Positions 12,447 to 25,860 of a DNA stretch of 64,000 nt are shown here, in pieces. Below the pieces are notes generated by a model. The model worked only from the letters and a program-made list of their open reading frames with translations. It did not search any database and was not told the DNA's origin. A program made the position numbers and the translations under genes. Numbering within the stretch: position 1 is the stretch's first letter; the number at the start of each line of letters is the position of its first letter. Source of the DNA: Isurus oxyrinchus (Eukaryota); assembly GCA_026770705.1 (NCBI GenBank), contig JANJGN010000152.1:496001-560000 (forward strand). The letters are read 5' to 3'.

Positions 12447-13348
12447 CTAACGTAGTGGTGATCATAATCCTATCCCGAAGACAGTGTGGACTCTCCCGGT
12501 GCATCACCTACTACCTGGTGGCAATAGCAGTGAGCGATCTCCTGGTCATTATCACTGCTGCCATCCTCAACCGGATCGGCCGGATCTACTTTCGTGACAG
12601 TGTCCTGTCGACCAACCCAGCAAGCGCAGTCAGCATCATGCTGGTCTTTGCCCCGCAAGATATCTCAGTCTGGCTGACGGTCGCCTTCACCATCGACCGT
12701 TTCGTGGCCATCTGCTGTCAGGGCCTAAAGACCAGATACTGCACCGAGAAAACTGTGGTGCTGGTTATAGGAGTGGTCAGTACCCTGAGGTGCGTCAAGA
12801 ACGTCCCTTTGTACTTCGTCTGCCAGCCCTTGTACATCCTGGACGGGGTGCCCTGGTTCTGCGACCTCAAATCCACCTATTTCACTTTCCCCGCCTGGCA
12901 GGCCTAATACTAGCTGGACCGCATCTTAACCCCATTTCTCCCTTTCTTCCTCATCCTGCTGCTCAATGTCCTGACCATAAGACAGATCTTAGCGGCCAGC
13001 AGAGCCCGCAAGAGGTTCTGGGGCGCCGAGAGTCACAGAGACCCCGAGATGGTCAATCGTAAGTGATCCATTATCCTGCTCTTTGCGATTGCACTCAGCT
13101 TCCTCCTCCCGTGGGCCACCTATGTTGGACATTTCCTCTAAGTGTGGATTACAAGTAAGGGCTGCTTCAACAGCATGAACTTCAATGACCCGCAGTATAT
13201 CCTCCAGGAGACAGCCAACATGCTGCAGTTAGTCAGTTTCTGCAACAACGTCTTCATCTATGTGGTGGCCCAGAAGAAGTTCCGAGAGGAGCTGAGGAAG
13301 GTTTTGATGTGGCCGATCACCACGTTCACTGGCTGGTTTAAACGGTAA
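12447..13348 (+). pseudogene. GPR139/GPR142-like class A GPCR pseudogene, main exon
   Basis: ag|CT AAC...IILSRRQCGLSRCITYYLVAIAVSDLLVII, TM3 SVWLTVAFTIDRFVAIC, TM7 LQLVSFCNNVFIYVVAQKKFREEL; in-frame stops at 12905, 12911, 13063, 13139. Confidence 0.88.
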
Positions 13349-13934
13349 ACAAACGTTAAAACTTCCTCGCGTTATTTCACTTCCATCAGAGTAGTTCAAT
13401 GTGTAGCACACTCTCTCTCTCCAGAATCAGAAAGTGCTGGGTTCTCGCTCCCGGATCTGTGAGATTTCAGGCCCATACTGCAGTGCCGATAGTCCCCCTG
13501 TGTCCCTGAAGGAATACTGAACTAAGACAATTGCTGGGTTTCTGGATGAGATGTTAAACCACTGTGAGCATCTGCTCTCTTAGATCGATGTAACGACCCA
13601 TGGTCGGAATTTCAGAAATGAGCAGGAGGAGCTTTCCCCAGCTTCTTACAATAACTGCCCTTCATTTAAACCAGTTGAAACCAGCTATCTGAGTACTTTT
13701 CAGTTACATTTGTGGAATATTGCTCTGCACATTTGCTGAAGTATTTCCTTCACTACAATGGGAAAACACTTAATTGGCAGTAAAGCACTTTGGGAAAATC
13801 CTGTAGTCGTTCAAGGCTCTCTCTTCTTTCTTTTTTTCTTTCTTTATCTCATTCTTTCGTTCTCCTGCTTCACTGCGACTCTCTCCCCATCAACATTAAT
13901 CTTTCCACTTAAACAAATGTATTTGATGAAATGG

Positions 13935-16900
13935 GATTTATCCCCATATTATAATCCATTTGCCAGATCTTTGCCCACTCACTTAACCTCCATAAGCCTC
14001 CATAAGTCTTCTTTGCCACTTACGTTCTTACCGACATCTGAGTCATCAGCAAATTTGGCAACCATCCCTTCAATCGCTTCATCCAAGTCATTCATATAAA
14101 TTATAAACTGTTGAGGTCCCAGCAATGATCCCTGTGGCACACCATTCGTTACGTGCTGCCGACATGAAAAAGATCCATTTATGTTTACTCTTTGCTTCCT
14201 GTTAGACAAATAATCTTCTATCCATGCGAAAATGTTACCTGCTACACCATGAGCTTTCATTTTCTGCGATAACCTTTGATGCGGCATTTTTTCAAATATC
14301 TTCTGGAAATCTAAGTACAGCACATCCACCGGTCCCTCTTGATCCACAGCCCACGTCACTTCCTCAAATAATTCCAATAATTTGGCTAAGCACGATTTCC
14401 TTTTCACAAAACCATGTTGAATCTGCCTGATGAACTTGTTTATCCAAGAGCTCTGCTATAACTTCTTTAATAATAGTTTCTGACATTTTCCCGACAACAA
14501 ATGTTAAGCTATTGGCCTGTGGTACCTCGCTTTCTGTCTCCCTCCCTTTTTGAATAATGGAGTTACATTTGCTATCTTGCAATCGAATGGGACTTTCCCA
14601 GAATTTTGCGAGTTTGGAAAACCAATGCATCAATTATCTCACTAGGCACTTCTTTTAATACCCCAGGATGAAGTCCATCAGGACCCGGGCTCCTGTCAGC
14701 GCACAGCTCCAAGAATTTACTCAGTACCACTTCTCTTGTGACTGTAATGTTCTTGACTTCCTTCGCCACTTCCATTTCCTGGTTTATAGCTGCTTCTGCG
14801 ATGTTACTTTTATCCTCTGTAGTGAAAACTAATGCAAAACACTAGTTTAATTCATCTGCCTTCTCCGTGATTTCCTTTATCAATTCTCCAGATTCACTTT
14901 CTGTGGGACCAACGCTCACTTTGTTAACTCTTCTCTCTTTTAAATATTTATAAAACATGTTTTATACACTTTTTATAATAATTTTAAACACTGCTTTTAT
15001 ATTTCTGGCTAGCTTTCCCTCATACTCTAATTTTCTCCTCCTTAGTAATATTTTGGTCATTCCTTGCTGTTTCTTGCATTTTGTCCAATCTTCTGGTCTC
15101 CCACCTATCTTGGCACAATTCTATGTTTTTTTTCTTTGAGTTTGATGCTATATTTAACCTTTCTAGTTAACCATGGATGGTGTGTCCGTCTCCTGGGATT
15201 TTTCCTACTTGTTTGAATGTATCTATTCGGTGCATTCTGAAATGCCCACTTAAATATTAGCCGTTGCATCTCTATTGACCTATCGCTTAACCTAATTTGC
15301 CAATTCACTTTAGCTAGCTCAGCTTTCATGACCTCGTAATTGACCTTATTTTAAGTTTATAAACTTCATCTCAGGTCCACTCCTCTCTCCCTCAACCCGC
15401 CTGTACAATTCAATTATATTTTGGTGGCTGCTACCTAGGGGTATCTTCACTATGAAGTCATTAGTTACTCCCATTTTATTACTCATTACCAGTCCTAGTA
15501 TAGCCTTCTATCGGATTGGCTCCAGAACATGCTCCTTTAAGAAACAATCCAAAAACATTCAATGTGCTCCTCAGTGAGCCATTCTTTGCCCATTTGATTT
15601 TTCCCATCTATATGTAAATTAAAACCTCCCATGATTATCGGCGTGCCTTTCTGTCAATCTCCAAATATTTATGTCATTATGGTCAACTCTACCAAGTGGT
15701 TACTGTTAGGGGTCCTGTGTACAACTCCCAGAACTTCCTTGGTGCCTTCACCATTTCTCATCTGTACCCAAACCGTTTCCACACCCTGGATTCCTGAACT
15801 TAAGTCCTCATTATTTATTGTGCTAATACCATCATTAATTAACAGAGTGAGCACTCCACCTTTTCCACGCTTCCCGTCCTTCCTAAAAACCATGTACCCT
15901 TCAATATTCAGGTCCCAATCTATGTCTTCCTGCAGCCATGTCTCTATGATGGGTATTAAATCGTAATTATTTATGTCTATGTGCGCTCTCAGTTCATTTG
16001 TTTTATTTCGAATGCCACGTCCATTCAGATACAGAGCTTTTTTGTTTTATCCTTTTATTCTTCCTATAGCCTCTCGCTTCATCTGCTGATTTACTGTGAG
16101 ATTTGTAGTGTCTATCCCTTCCTATTTTTCATTTCCCATAATAATACCTTTCTCTTTTGTCTTGTCTCTGCTCCTTGACTTATCACCTTTTCCCAAATTT
16201 GATCCCTTGCTCCCACTATTTAAGTGAAACCACTTTATACTTCCCTTGTTATGCGGCTCACAAGAGCACTGGCCCCAGTAGTGTAGATCATTCCAACGGT
16301 GCAGATACCACTTTCCCCAGTACTGGTGACAGTGCCCCATGAACCGAAACCCACTTATCCCACATCAGTCTGTGAACCGCGCACTCATCTCCCACATATG
16401 ATTTGTCCTATGCCAATTTGCACGTGACTTAGGTAATAATCCAGAGTTTATGATCTTTGAGGTTCTGCTTCTTAAATTGGTGTCTACGTCCTCATGCTGA
16501 CCATGCAGAAACTCCTTCTTTGTCCAGCCTATGTCGTTGATACCTACATGGACCACGACGACTGGGCCATCCCCCTCCCGCTGCAAGTCCCTCTCCAGGC
16601 CTGAGCATATGTCCCGCACCCTCGCACTGGGCAGGCAACAGAGCAACCTGGATTCACGTATGTTTCTGCAAAAAACGGTCTCAACTCCTCTTACTATACT
16701 ATCCCATACTACCACTACATTCCTCCCACTTGAATGGCTTCCTGTACCATGGTGCCATGGCCAGTTAGCTCATCTACCCTTCAGCCCCCACTCTCATCCA
16801 AACAAGCTGAAAAATCCTCAAACCTGTTGGACAATTGAAAGGGACGAGGCTCCTGCACTCCTGCCTTGTGAGCCTCCTTACTTCCTCACTCACAGTCACA

Positions 16901-17150
16901 CTGTCCTGCCTCTGACCACTGACCAAATTAGATGAGCCTGTCCTAAAAGGTGTGTCTGCCTCCTGGTACAAAGAATCCCTCGCTGATGTGCTGCAGTGTC
17001 TGTAGTTCGGCCTCCAGCTCACAAGCTCGAAGCTGATGCTATTCAAATTTCAAATATTTATTGCAGACGTGTTTGCCCTTTATCATACTGGCATCAAGGA
17101 GCTCCCACATGCTGCAGCTGTGCCACATCTCCTTTCCTGGCATCCTTAAT
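13935..17150 (-). mobile_element. CR1 LINE with ORF1 (SGNH/GDSL esterase-like) and part of ORF2
   Basis: ORF1 DSIVRG...CCLPSARVRD...VVVHVGINDIG (16365-16715); endonuclease FRKDGKRGKGGVL; RT GVPQGSLLGP, KFADD. Confidence 0.92.
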
Positions 17151-18084
17151 GTGTTCTAATTAACTATTAAATTATTTCACACAATTACATAATTTGTTTT
17201 TCTTTTTATATATTTGATCAACCTTACCACCAGTTGCTAGACTATTTTGAAATTTAGGAAATTTAGAAACCTTAGTCACTTGCCAGATACTCACCAAAAA
17301 ACTAGCTTCTTCTCCTGTGGTAGAGTACAACCACCTTCTGAAGGCAGAGATTGGTCGAAAGCAGAAAGTAAAAGAGCAAAGCTTTCCCTTCTTCCCCTAA
17401 CTCCCTCAATTACCCAACTCCCAGCACCCTATTCTACATTGCAATTCTTGCAGTACAGCACCTACAACAGTTGAATTCCCACTTAAACCAAATACTCGCA
17501 TAAACTCACTCAGCCTCTGTCTCACTCAGGCCGAAATCTCCACTCATTGATTTCTGAAGTAACTATGGCGGCATTTTGTTAAGAACAAGCAAGTGTAAGT
17601 AACTGGGTTGTTCTTTCAGAGGCGCAGAGGCCCATTCAAGTGGGAGGAATGTAGTGGTAGTATGGGATAGTATAGTCAGAGGAGTTGACACCGTTTTTTG
17701 CAGAAACGTACATGAATCCAGGTGGCTCTGTTGCCTGCCCAGTGCTAGGGTACATGAGACATTTTGTTAAGAACAAGTAACTGTAAGTAGCTGAGTTGTT
17801 TTCTCAGAGGCCCAGAATACATGCTGCGTCCATTAGGTCTGCACCTTTGCTTTATGGTTATAAACAGCGCTATTCGCAACTACAGGCCACACGACCAGTT
17901 TTTCTCGGTGGATAAAGAGCTTTTTGAGAAATGGTGCAGCAAATGTATGCAGCGGGCGATTCTTTATTGCTTCCTTATCACTGAAAACCACCCATTTCCT
18001 CATCGTTGCTTGGGATGAAGGTCTTATCTTATTTAGAAGTCTTGAATAGTTTGGGTCAATATCCAGTTGATTATAGAAGATTGA

Positions 18085-18520
18085 TAAGTAATTTAGACAT
18101 GCATGATCCTGAGGTGGAGGGGGATGGGGCGGCAGTTGCGTCTTGACAGGGTAGATACAGGGGGGGATATTTCCACTTGTGGGAGTGACCAGAATTAGGT
18201 AACAGAGTTTAAGAATAACAGTGCTACCTTTAAGACGGAAATGAAGAGATTTGTTTTTCTCTCAGTAGTTCCTTCGTTTGTAGAATTCTTTTCCCCAGGA
18301 AGCAGTGGAGGCTGGTCAATAAATTTATTCAAGGGTGAATTATGTTGCGCTAATACTAGCTAGATTTTTTTGTAGACAAGGGACTCAAGGGGCAGACGGA
18401 AAAGTGAAGTTGAGACCACAAGCAGATCAGCCATGAACGTATCGAATGGTGCATCAGGCTCTAAGGGCTGAATGGCCTACTTCTGCTCCATGGTCTCATG
18501 GTCGTATTTTTATATGTTTC
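18085..18520 (+). mobile_element. CR1 3' end fragment
   Basis: gacagggtagat...aagggctgaatggcctacttctgctcc, as at the 3' ends of the other copies. Confidence 0.75.
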
Positions 18521-20147
18521 ACGAGAGAATGTGGATGGTTGTGAGAGGTTTGAAACACAGAATGACAATGTCGTGATCTGGTGTATTATAAACAGCGACA
18601 TGGGATGGCCGTGTGTGACAGGAACTAAACAATTGTCTGGTAAAACATGAACCGCGCCAAAATATGTTCTGACATGATCGCCGAACATGATCAAATCTCA
18701 TGAAATGTGATGCGATTTAATGTAATATGGACAAGATCCAATAAATTAATAACAGAGACAGGGTTTAATCTAACATAAACGTGGACATTTTCCCCTGCAA
18801 AGAGAACTGAGGGACTTGTATTACGTAACAGGTCCAAACTCAAATACAATAATAATTGAAAACGGATTTTGTGTGACGTCAACAAAATCATTGCCTTGTT
18901 CAGTATGAAAAGTGTAAAGATCTAGTGTGGCATTGCTAGGAACATGCATTTGCATATATTCAGAATGATGTGTTATGTGCTTTGCATGCACATGTGCTCC
19001 ACAAACGAAATACGCAAACATGCATAGTACAGCATAGTACATGGTTTACATACATACACACACGCACACGTAATTGGTAGGGCATAACACCACCATGAAT
19101 TAGTAAACTTTCACATTACACTTTTTGCCCTTAATGTGCAACGTACGGTGCTAACAATTAGTACCACCCTTCAATCCTGCTTCCCCCTCGGAGTTACAAG
19201 GTTCATCCGAACTTTTCAACGAAATATTACGTCCTCAGGGTCTCAGGAATCTTTAAGTCTGAACTTGTTTTCAAGCATAGTCGATATTGTAATGCAGGAA
19301 ATATTAGTTCCACAGAGGGAAACGGCAATGTGAAATTATTTGCCAGAAAGATTTGTCAATCTGAGTTTAATGGGAATAAAGGAATGGCGGGATTCAGGCA
19401 CTTCTGCAAAATTTCAATTTGTGGCCAATAATAATAACAATGTCATTAAGTTACAAAATTATCAGCATATCCCAGTATCTCTTTACGAAACATTGACGAA
19501 CCAATTTGGATGAAAGAAAAATGCCCCTCCTTTTCTTCGGGCTATCAGGTAGCATTGGACCATGAAATACAATGATTCCCAGAGCTCACTGTTTAATATT
19601 CCTTTGCCACAACACCTACATATTATGTGCAAGCACTTGCGCTCAATGTACCATTGCATGGAGTGAAGTGTCACGGAACATAGATATTTCCTGTAATCCC
19701 CATCTGTGAGCCGTGACACCGGTAAACTTATTCTGCAAGCTTTCGCCAAAGCTGAAGTGCTGGAGCGCCATCCAGTGGAACTTTGTATAAACGCAAAGCC
19801 TCTTAATTTCTACCCGAATATTGCTGCATGATTTTGCTGAATTATTATTACGTCAGATTACTATGTGTTGCTACTTTGATTTTATTTTTACTTTAACTGC
19901 TCTCTTTAGTGTTTTCCATTTGCTACAGTTGCTTTTTTGCATCAACTGTGAGATTATTTCCGTTCTCGAGTGTGCTCAATACATTACTGCATGTTCATCG
20001 GCTTCACGTTAATAATTCCACCATTGATGAGGTTGGATGGAACTTTCGTAAAAATGGAATCTTCCCACTCCCCTAATAATTAAAGGCGGCACAGATCCAA
20101 ATTGGATAGGTCCATGAATCAAGGGTGATGATTATTTCGCTATTTAT

Positions 20148-20215
20148 TTGTTTGTGTGTGTGTGTACGTTAGCGTGTGTGCGTCTGAGTATGTGTCTGTT
20201 TGTTTGTGTGCATCT

Positions 20216-20254
<39 letters not shown>

Positions 20255-20272
20255 TGTGCGGGTGTGTGTGTA
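20148..20272. repeat. (TG)n microsatellite
   Basis: Direct inspection. Confidence 0.9.
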
Positions 20273-20784
20273 TGAATGCTACTCACCAGCCAAGTGTGTC
20301 AATCAGGGGCATCACAGTTTACTAAGCGAGAAATGCTTCCTCTACACTACCCAGTCAAACACTGTCAGGACAGGTACGGCACATTTATGACACAAAATAA
20401 ATCTCCTCTACACTTCCACTCCTAACCAGAGTCAATGCAGCACGGGTTGCATACGGAATGAAAGCTCCAAACAATTCCAGGCATATAGAACAGGGATGAT
20501 CTGCAGGGTGAATCTCCATTCACATTGTATCATTAAAGGCTCCTCGTATAGCTACAGCAGAATGAATGCAGAGAAATTCTGGTTCGATGAGCGCCGACTT
20601 TGCTAGAAATTGTGAAAGGAATGAACTTGTAACTTCTAAGTAAACATAATTAATATTTTTTTCTATCAGATTACAGAGATGGTGTAATTTACATATCTAA
20701 ATTAGATTTCTAAAGATTTAAACGTGTGTGTCTCTCATTTATGAGCCCTGTGACTTGTTGCCTCCTCAGTCCCCATGCCTAGTA

Positions 20785-21064
20785 AGTTCTCACATAGATT
20801 CCTGATCTCTTAGTTTCACGGTGTCGCACTGCATTGTAACAGACCGCAGGCCTAACGGCTGAAGTATGTTAACAGTGAGAGTGGTGGTGCCTTTCTCGTG
20901 GTCCACAGAAACGTTGAAGCTTCCCTCAACTCTTCTATCTATACATGTGAAGACAGGATACTCGAGAACTTGATTGGAGATCTGCCAATGCCAGAATACG
21001 AGTTCTGGTCCGGAAGTTCTCCGATATATCGATATCTGAAATGTCTCCGAGTGAAAAGGAGCAG
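20785..21064 (-). pseudogene. TCR alpha/delta V pseudogene with degenerate 23-RSS
   Basis: VFWHWQISNQVLEY (FR2), FNVSVDHEKGTTTLTVNILQP, frameshift, AVCYNAVR; CACCGTG (20823-20817)-23-GTGAGAACT. Confidence 0.7.
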
Positions 21065-21464
21065 CTGCCACAATAATAATAAAATTATCTTAATGATATA
21101 TGGGAGCAGAATTAAATAAAGTGCTTCCAAATATCAGCTATATAAACTGATCTATCTATCGATTCATCTATCAGTCTATCCGCCCGCCTTTCTGTCTGTA
21201 TGACTTCTTGTTTATCTGTTTATTCTCTCCTCTCTATCTAGATATCTGACAGCCAGAGTTAGTTTTCCATCCATCTCTGTTTTCTACAGAATTTTACTGA
21301 ATATGTTTCTCTACCCTGTATCTGTAATGGCAGCTATAGGATGTTGTAACTTTCTCCAGATGGAAGTTTAAACATGGGAAAGTAACGTTTCTGAATATCA
21401 CCAGCATTTCCAACGGTCCTGTGTTAAGGAAAGGCTAACGGTGCAACGGACACGGCAGTGAACA

Positions 21465-21932
21465 AGACATTGTACGGGCAAATCCGCCGTTGTCTCAATG
21501 CGTCCCTATCGCACAGTGCTAAACTCTGACGCCCTGGGCCGCTGTCCCATCTGTAGACTATTGGAATTATTCACTCTGTCAAAGGGCAGTGTGCAGCGTC
21601 TTTAGTCGCATTCCCCTGGTAAATGGAGGCGGTAAATGTCGGAGTCCCTGTCAGTGTTTATACCAGGCTACGGAATTGCCAAAAACAACCGAGCGCCGAC
21701 AGTCCGCTTCAACCTGTTCCCCTTCGCAAGACACGACCTGCTCAGGGTGGGAGCTCTGACCCTCGCACTGAAAGGATGTGAACAAAAGAAAAAACACTCA
21801 CAAAACATATGGTATTATAACATTAGAAAAAAAGCGTCTGATTAGATAAATAAACTGATATAATATCAATAGCAACAGGGCTCCAATTGGAAACAGGTCA
21901 TGAAGATGAGGATGGACAAAAAGCAAATCAAT
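21465..21932 (-). pseudogene. TCR alpha/delta V pseudogene with leader remnant
   Basis: Leader-like LICFLSILIFMTCFQ (~21886-21932); V exon from ~21767 EQVVSCEGEQVEADCRRSVVFGNSVAWYKH*...FDRVNNSNSLQM...V*HCAIG; CGCATTG-22-ACAATGTCT. Confidence 0.72.
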
Positions 21933-23789
21933 CAGGGTCTGATTTTCAGGCTGAGACTTGCTGCCGACCCCAGGACTTTCAACGGTGGGAAGGAAGAGGG
22001 GAGAGGTTTATATTCTCCTCGTGCAGTTGGAGACGGATGGGCGACATTCTCAACGGTTGGTCTGTTATAGGATGTCGTTACCTGACGTAATTCACGGTGC
22101 CACTGAGCGATTAGTGGCTTCTCAAACCAAACCACTTGAACTGTCACTGCTCACGAATTTCTTTGCTTCTGGTGTATCAACGGGTTAAATTGTTTCATCA
22201 GGCTTGTTCTCTGTTGACTTTATAACTATGAAGAACCATTCACCATCTTAGTATCGGAGTGTTTTACAGCACAAAGAGAGGCAATTAGGCCTACTATGTG
22301 CTAACTCTCTTAAAGAGTTATCCATTTATTCTTAATTACCTGTCTGGGGACTGCATATTTGTCTTTTTAAATTTCCTTTGACTATTCAAATATTTATCCA
22401 CTTGTCTTTCAAAATTACTGATAGATGCTGTCTCCATCAAGGTTTTTCATGGGCCATCATATCTTCTAACAGTGCCCTGCTCAAAATACATAAATATTCT
22501 ACCCTTTCCCTCTCCTTTACAATAACGATAAATGACGCCATCCAGTTACTCACTGAGCATCTAGTCGGATTCACTTCGTTTCTTATTAACCTTTTAAAAC
22601 CTTCCTTGCTTGGGCACAGTCTGTCAGACTGCTTCTTAATATTCCCTCCCCTGGTGAAAAGTTGCTCATGTATTTGGATTAACGTCTCTCACACTGCTAC
22701 CCCCCACCCGCACAATCACACCCCCCCCCCCGACGCCCCCCAACATCCCCCTCACCACCACCCCCCCCTCACCCCCCCCCCTTCCCCCCTCCTTGCGCTA
22801 CCCCTGCTTCACCTTTCTCAGACTGGTCCCAACTCTGACTAAGACGTTAACAGAAAACGAAAGAAGAGCCCTAAAACTGGTCCCACGTGTACCAAAGGCA
22901 AAAATTGCTGGAAAATCTCTGGTCAGATAGCATCTGTGGAGAGGAAGTTAAGTGTTTGAACTGTGTTCTCAACAAATAACGTGCAGTTTTGCGCTTGTCT
23001 CTAAGTGCTATACAATCCACATGTCTGTTTATAATTTTGGATTATTTAGTTATTTTAGGCAATCAGCAGCTTTTTCCCCACTTTCAACACGAGTCCTGAA
23101 TTCTTTCTCACCTTATCTCGTTTAAATTAATATTTACTTCTTTCTTCCTTCCCCCTACTTAACATTTCTTTTTCTATGAAACAAACAGACACGGAAATAT
23201 TTAGTGGCACTTCGGACCATTTGCTCTTTTATTTTATTCATTGGATGTGGAGGTCGCTGGTTAGGCCAGCAGTTATTGCCCATCCCTAATTGCCCCTTGT
23301 TCAGAGGGCATTTAAGAGTCAACCACATTGCTGTGGGCCTTGAGTCACATGAAGGATCGCGTGCCCTAAATGAACCAGAGGGGTTTTTAATTCCTGACTA
23401 AAACCTGACTTTTATTGAATTCAAATTGCACCAACGGCCACTGCGGGATAAGAACCCGGGTCCCAAAGCATTATCCTGGGTTTCTGGATTACTAGTCCAG
23501 CAACTATAACGCTACCTCTCCCCATCATGGCCCATTTGAGCAGGGAATTCCGTAGAGAAGGGAACAACGCCTATGGAATGGTTAGCATTAAGGTAATAAG
23601 GACACAAGTCAGAGGAAGTTCTGAATGAAACGTAGAAAGCTGTAAACTCTTTTCAGTCAGGCAAATAAACTAAATTAACAAAATTGGGGACAGTTTTTTT
23701 AAAAAGCAGCCCCTTAAAGTGAAGCTGCAAAAAGAAAGACAAAATTTAAAGGAAATTTGCAAACATTAAGCCTAAATGTGATTAAGAGG

Positions 23790-25860
23790 TTCAATTAAAC
23801 ACCCCAGTCACTACAGTGCCCACCGAGTATGGAAAGCGTCAGCAGTGCCGGCAGGCACTGCGTGCTCCCTCTCCAGGGACGCCTGGCACAAATACAGTGA
23901 AGGAAAACAGGCAAACAGTCGGGTTGGACGACCCCCTCGATCGGCCTCTGCCTGGACTGTGAATGGCCAACTTGGCTAGGCACAGGAGCAGGTTCATGAG
24001 GAGGTCCTCCTCCCTCCCGTCCCCTCCCCAGCTGGAAGCCTATAGATCAGGATCGTGGGACAGATGTACAAATAAAGCAGAAGCAAAAGGTTTTCAAGTA
24101 ACTAAAAATGGGGTGCATTGTACAACAGCTCAAATAGGCATCCACAGACTCCAAAAGGCCTCAAAAAGTAGAGGCATCTTGGGAGTCTGTGAACTGACAC
24201 ATCCTACGGTTGTGTGGGACTACTGCATATAACACCATCCACCCCAGGTCTCGATGGAAAATGGAAGGATATCCCTGTAGAGGGCCTCCCACTGGGGGCC
24301 TTCGCCACTGGCTGGTAACAGGCAGCGGGCGAGGGCAAGGAACTAAATGGTGTGCAGCAAAAGCCGATGCAGGAAGCCCCACCATGCCGTGCTAAAGGTC
24401 ACGGGGGTCATTTTTGCAAGGAGAGTCAACTTGTGGGGCATGGGCTCCAGGAGGAGAGTTCGAGGCTTGGGGCCAATGTGGAATTTGGTCCGAATAGGGG
24501 TACGCTGAGACGGAGGAGAACAGCGCACCTGCGCCGCCTGAAGACCCAGGAAAATGTCATGGCAGAGCATGGCCGTGCAAAGTTTTTGGGTGGCATTGGC
24601 CACGAGCCGGACGTCCACCAATGCACGCTGTATCAAATACTTGGGAATCATCTAGCCCACTCATCCACCACCCAACACGTCCCCAATCCTGGTCACCCTA
24701 GCATCCACAGCCCTCCTCTCCATCAGCCACTGAAAAGGGCGGAAGTACGGCTTCCTGAGCAGCGGACCTCTGACGATGGCCGCTACTCCTGACAGTGGAG
24801 AGCTGCATCGCAAGGCAACCATGTGCCAGGCATTGATCAGGTCCTGGTAAAAGGTGGGCGATGCCTGCAAGGAGCCACGAAGGCCCCTCCGGTCTACAAA
24901 CAGGAGCTGCACGTCATAACTCAGGTCGTGCACCTACTGGAGGAAATACATCGCCAGGGCACACTGTTTGGGAGGGGACTTGACGTAAAGGTGTCACTGC
25001 AGGAAGCCTGACCGCCCTTCCTAAGTGGGAGACTCAGAAACTCAGCAGCTACCTAGTGCAGCAATTTGTTCCAGAAGAAGTCGACGAGAATTCTCTGCAG
25101 TTTTGTGACAAAATCCGGGAGAGGGGTCAAAGTGACCAGCCAGCACGACAACATGGCGGCAAGCAGCTGGTTTATGACCAAAACTCGACCCCAGTAAGAC
25201 AGCACTCGGAGCAGTCCTGTCCAGCGCCCCAGGCGAGTAGTGACTTTGGCCTCCAGCCCCTGGCAGTTCGCCAGCCACAATTCCTTAGCAGGGTAGAGGT
25301 GGACCCCAGGTCGAGGAGGCTGGCCCTGCTCCAGGTGAAAGGCCTGAGCTCCTCGGGTAGGACATCTATCTGCCACTGACCGACCAGGAGACCGGAACTG
25401 TTTCCCCAGTTGATCCTGGCAGAGGACACGGCAGAAAAGACCTCCTGGCACTCGCCCATCCTCCACAGGTCAGCCATGTTGGTAAAAATGAGGACACGTC
25501 AATGGTGTAAGCCTAGAGGACCGCCCCGAAGCCTGGTTCATGCAGGACTAATCCCGACAACCTCCTCCACAAGAGGCGCAAGAAAGGCTCCAGCGGACAG
25601 AATACAATTGGCCAGACAATGACGCACTGCTCTCCCAAAGCGAAGTGGTGCCTTCAGGGACCCGTTAATCTTAACTAAGCACTCTGCGGCAGCGCACAGA
25701 AGTCGGATCCGAGCGAAGAAATGCATCCCGAACACGAATGCTCGCATAGTCCCGAATAAATAATCGTGATGCACACTGTCTAACATCTCCTGGTCAAGAG
25801 ACAGAAAGGCACTCGACAGACCAGTCCTCGGGGGAAAGCGGATGATGTCCCAGACCAGAA
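23790..25860 (-). mobile_element. L1/Tx1-clade LINE ORF2 remnant
   Basis: HDYLFGTMRAFVFG...RIRLLCAAAECLVKINGSL...FGRAVR; LSYWGRVLVINQLLAAML; PTFYQDLINAW; GC-rich. Confidence 0.85.
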
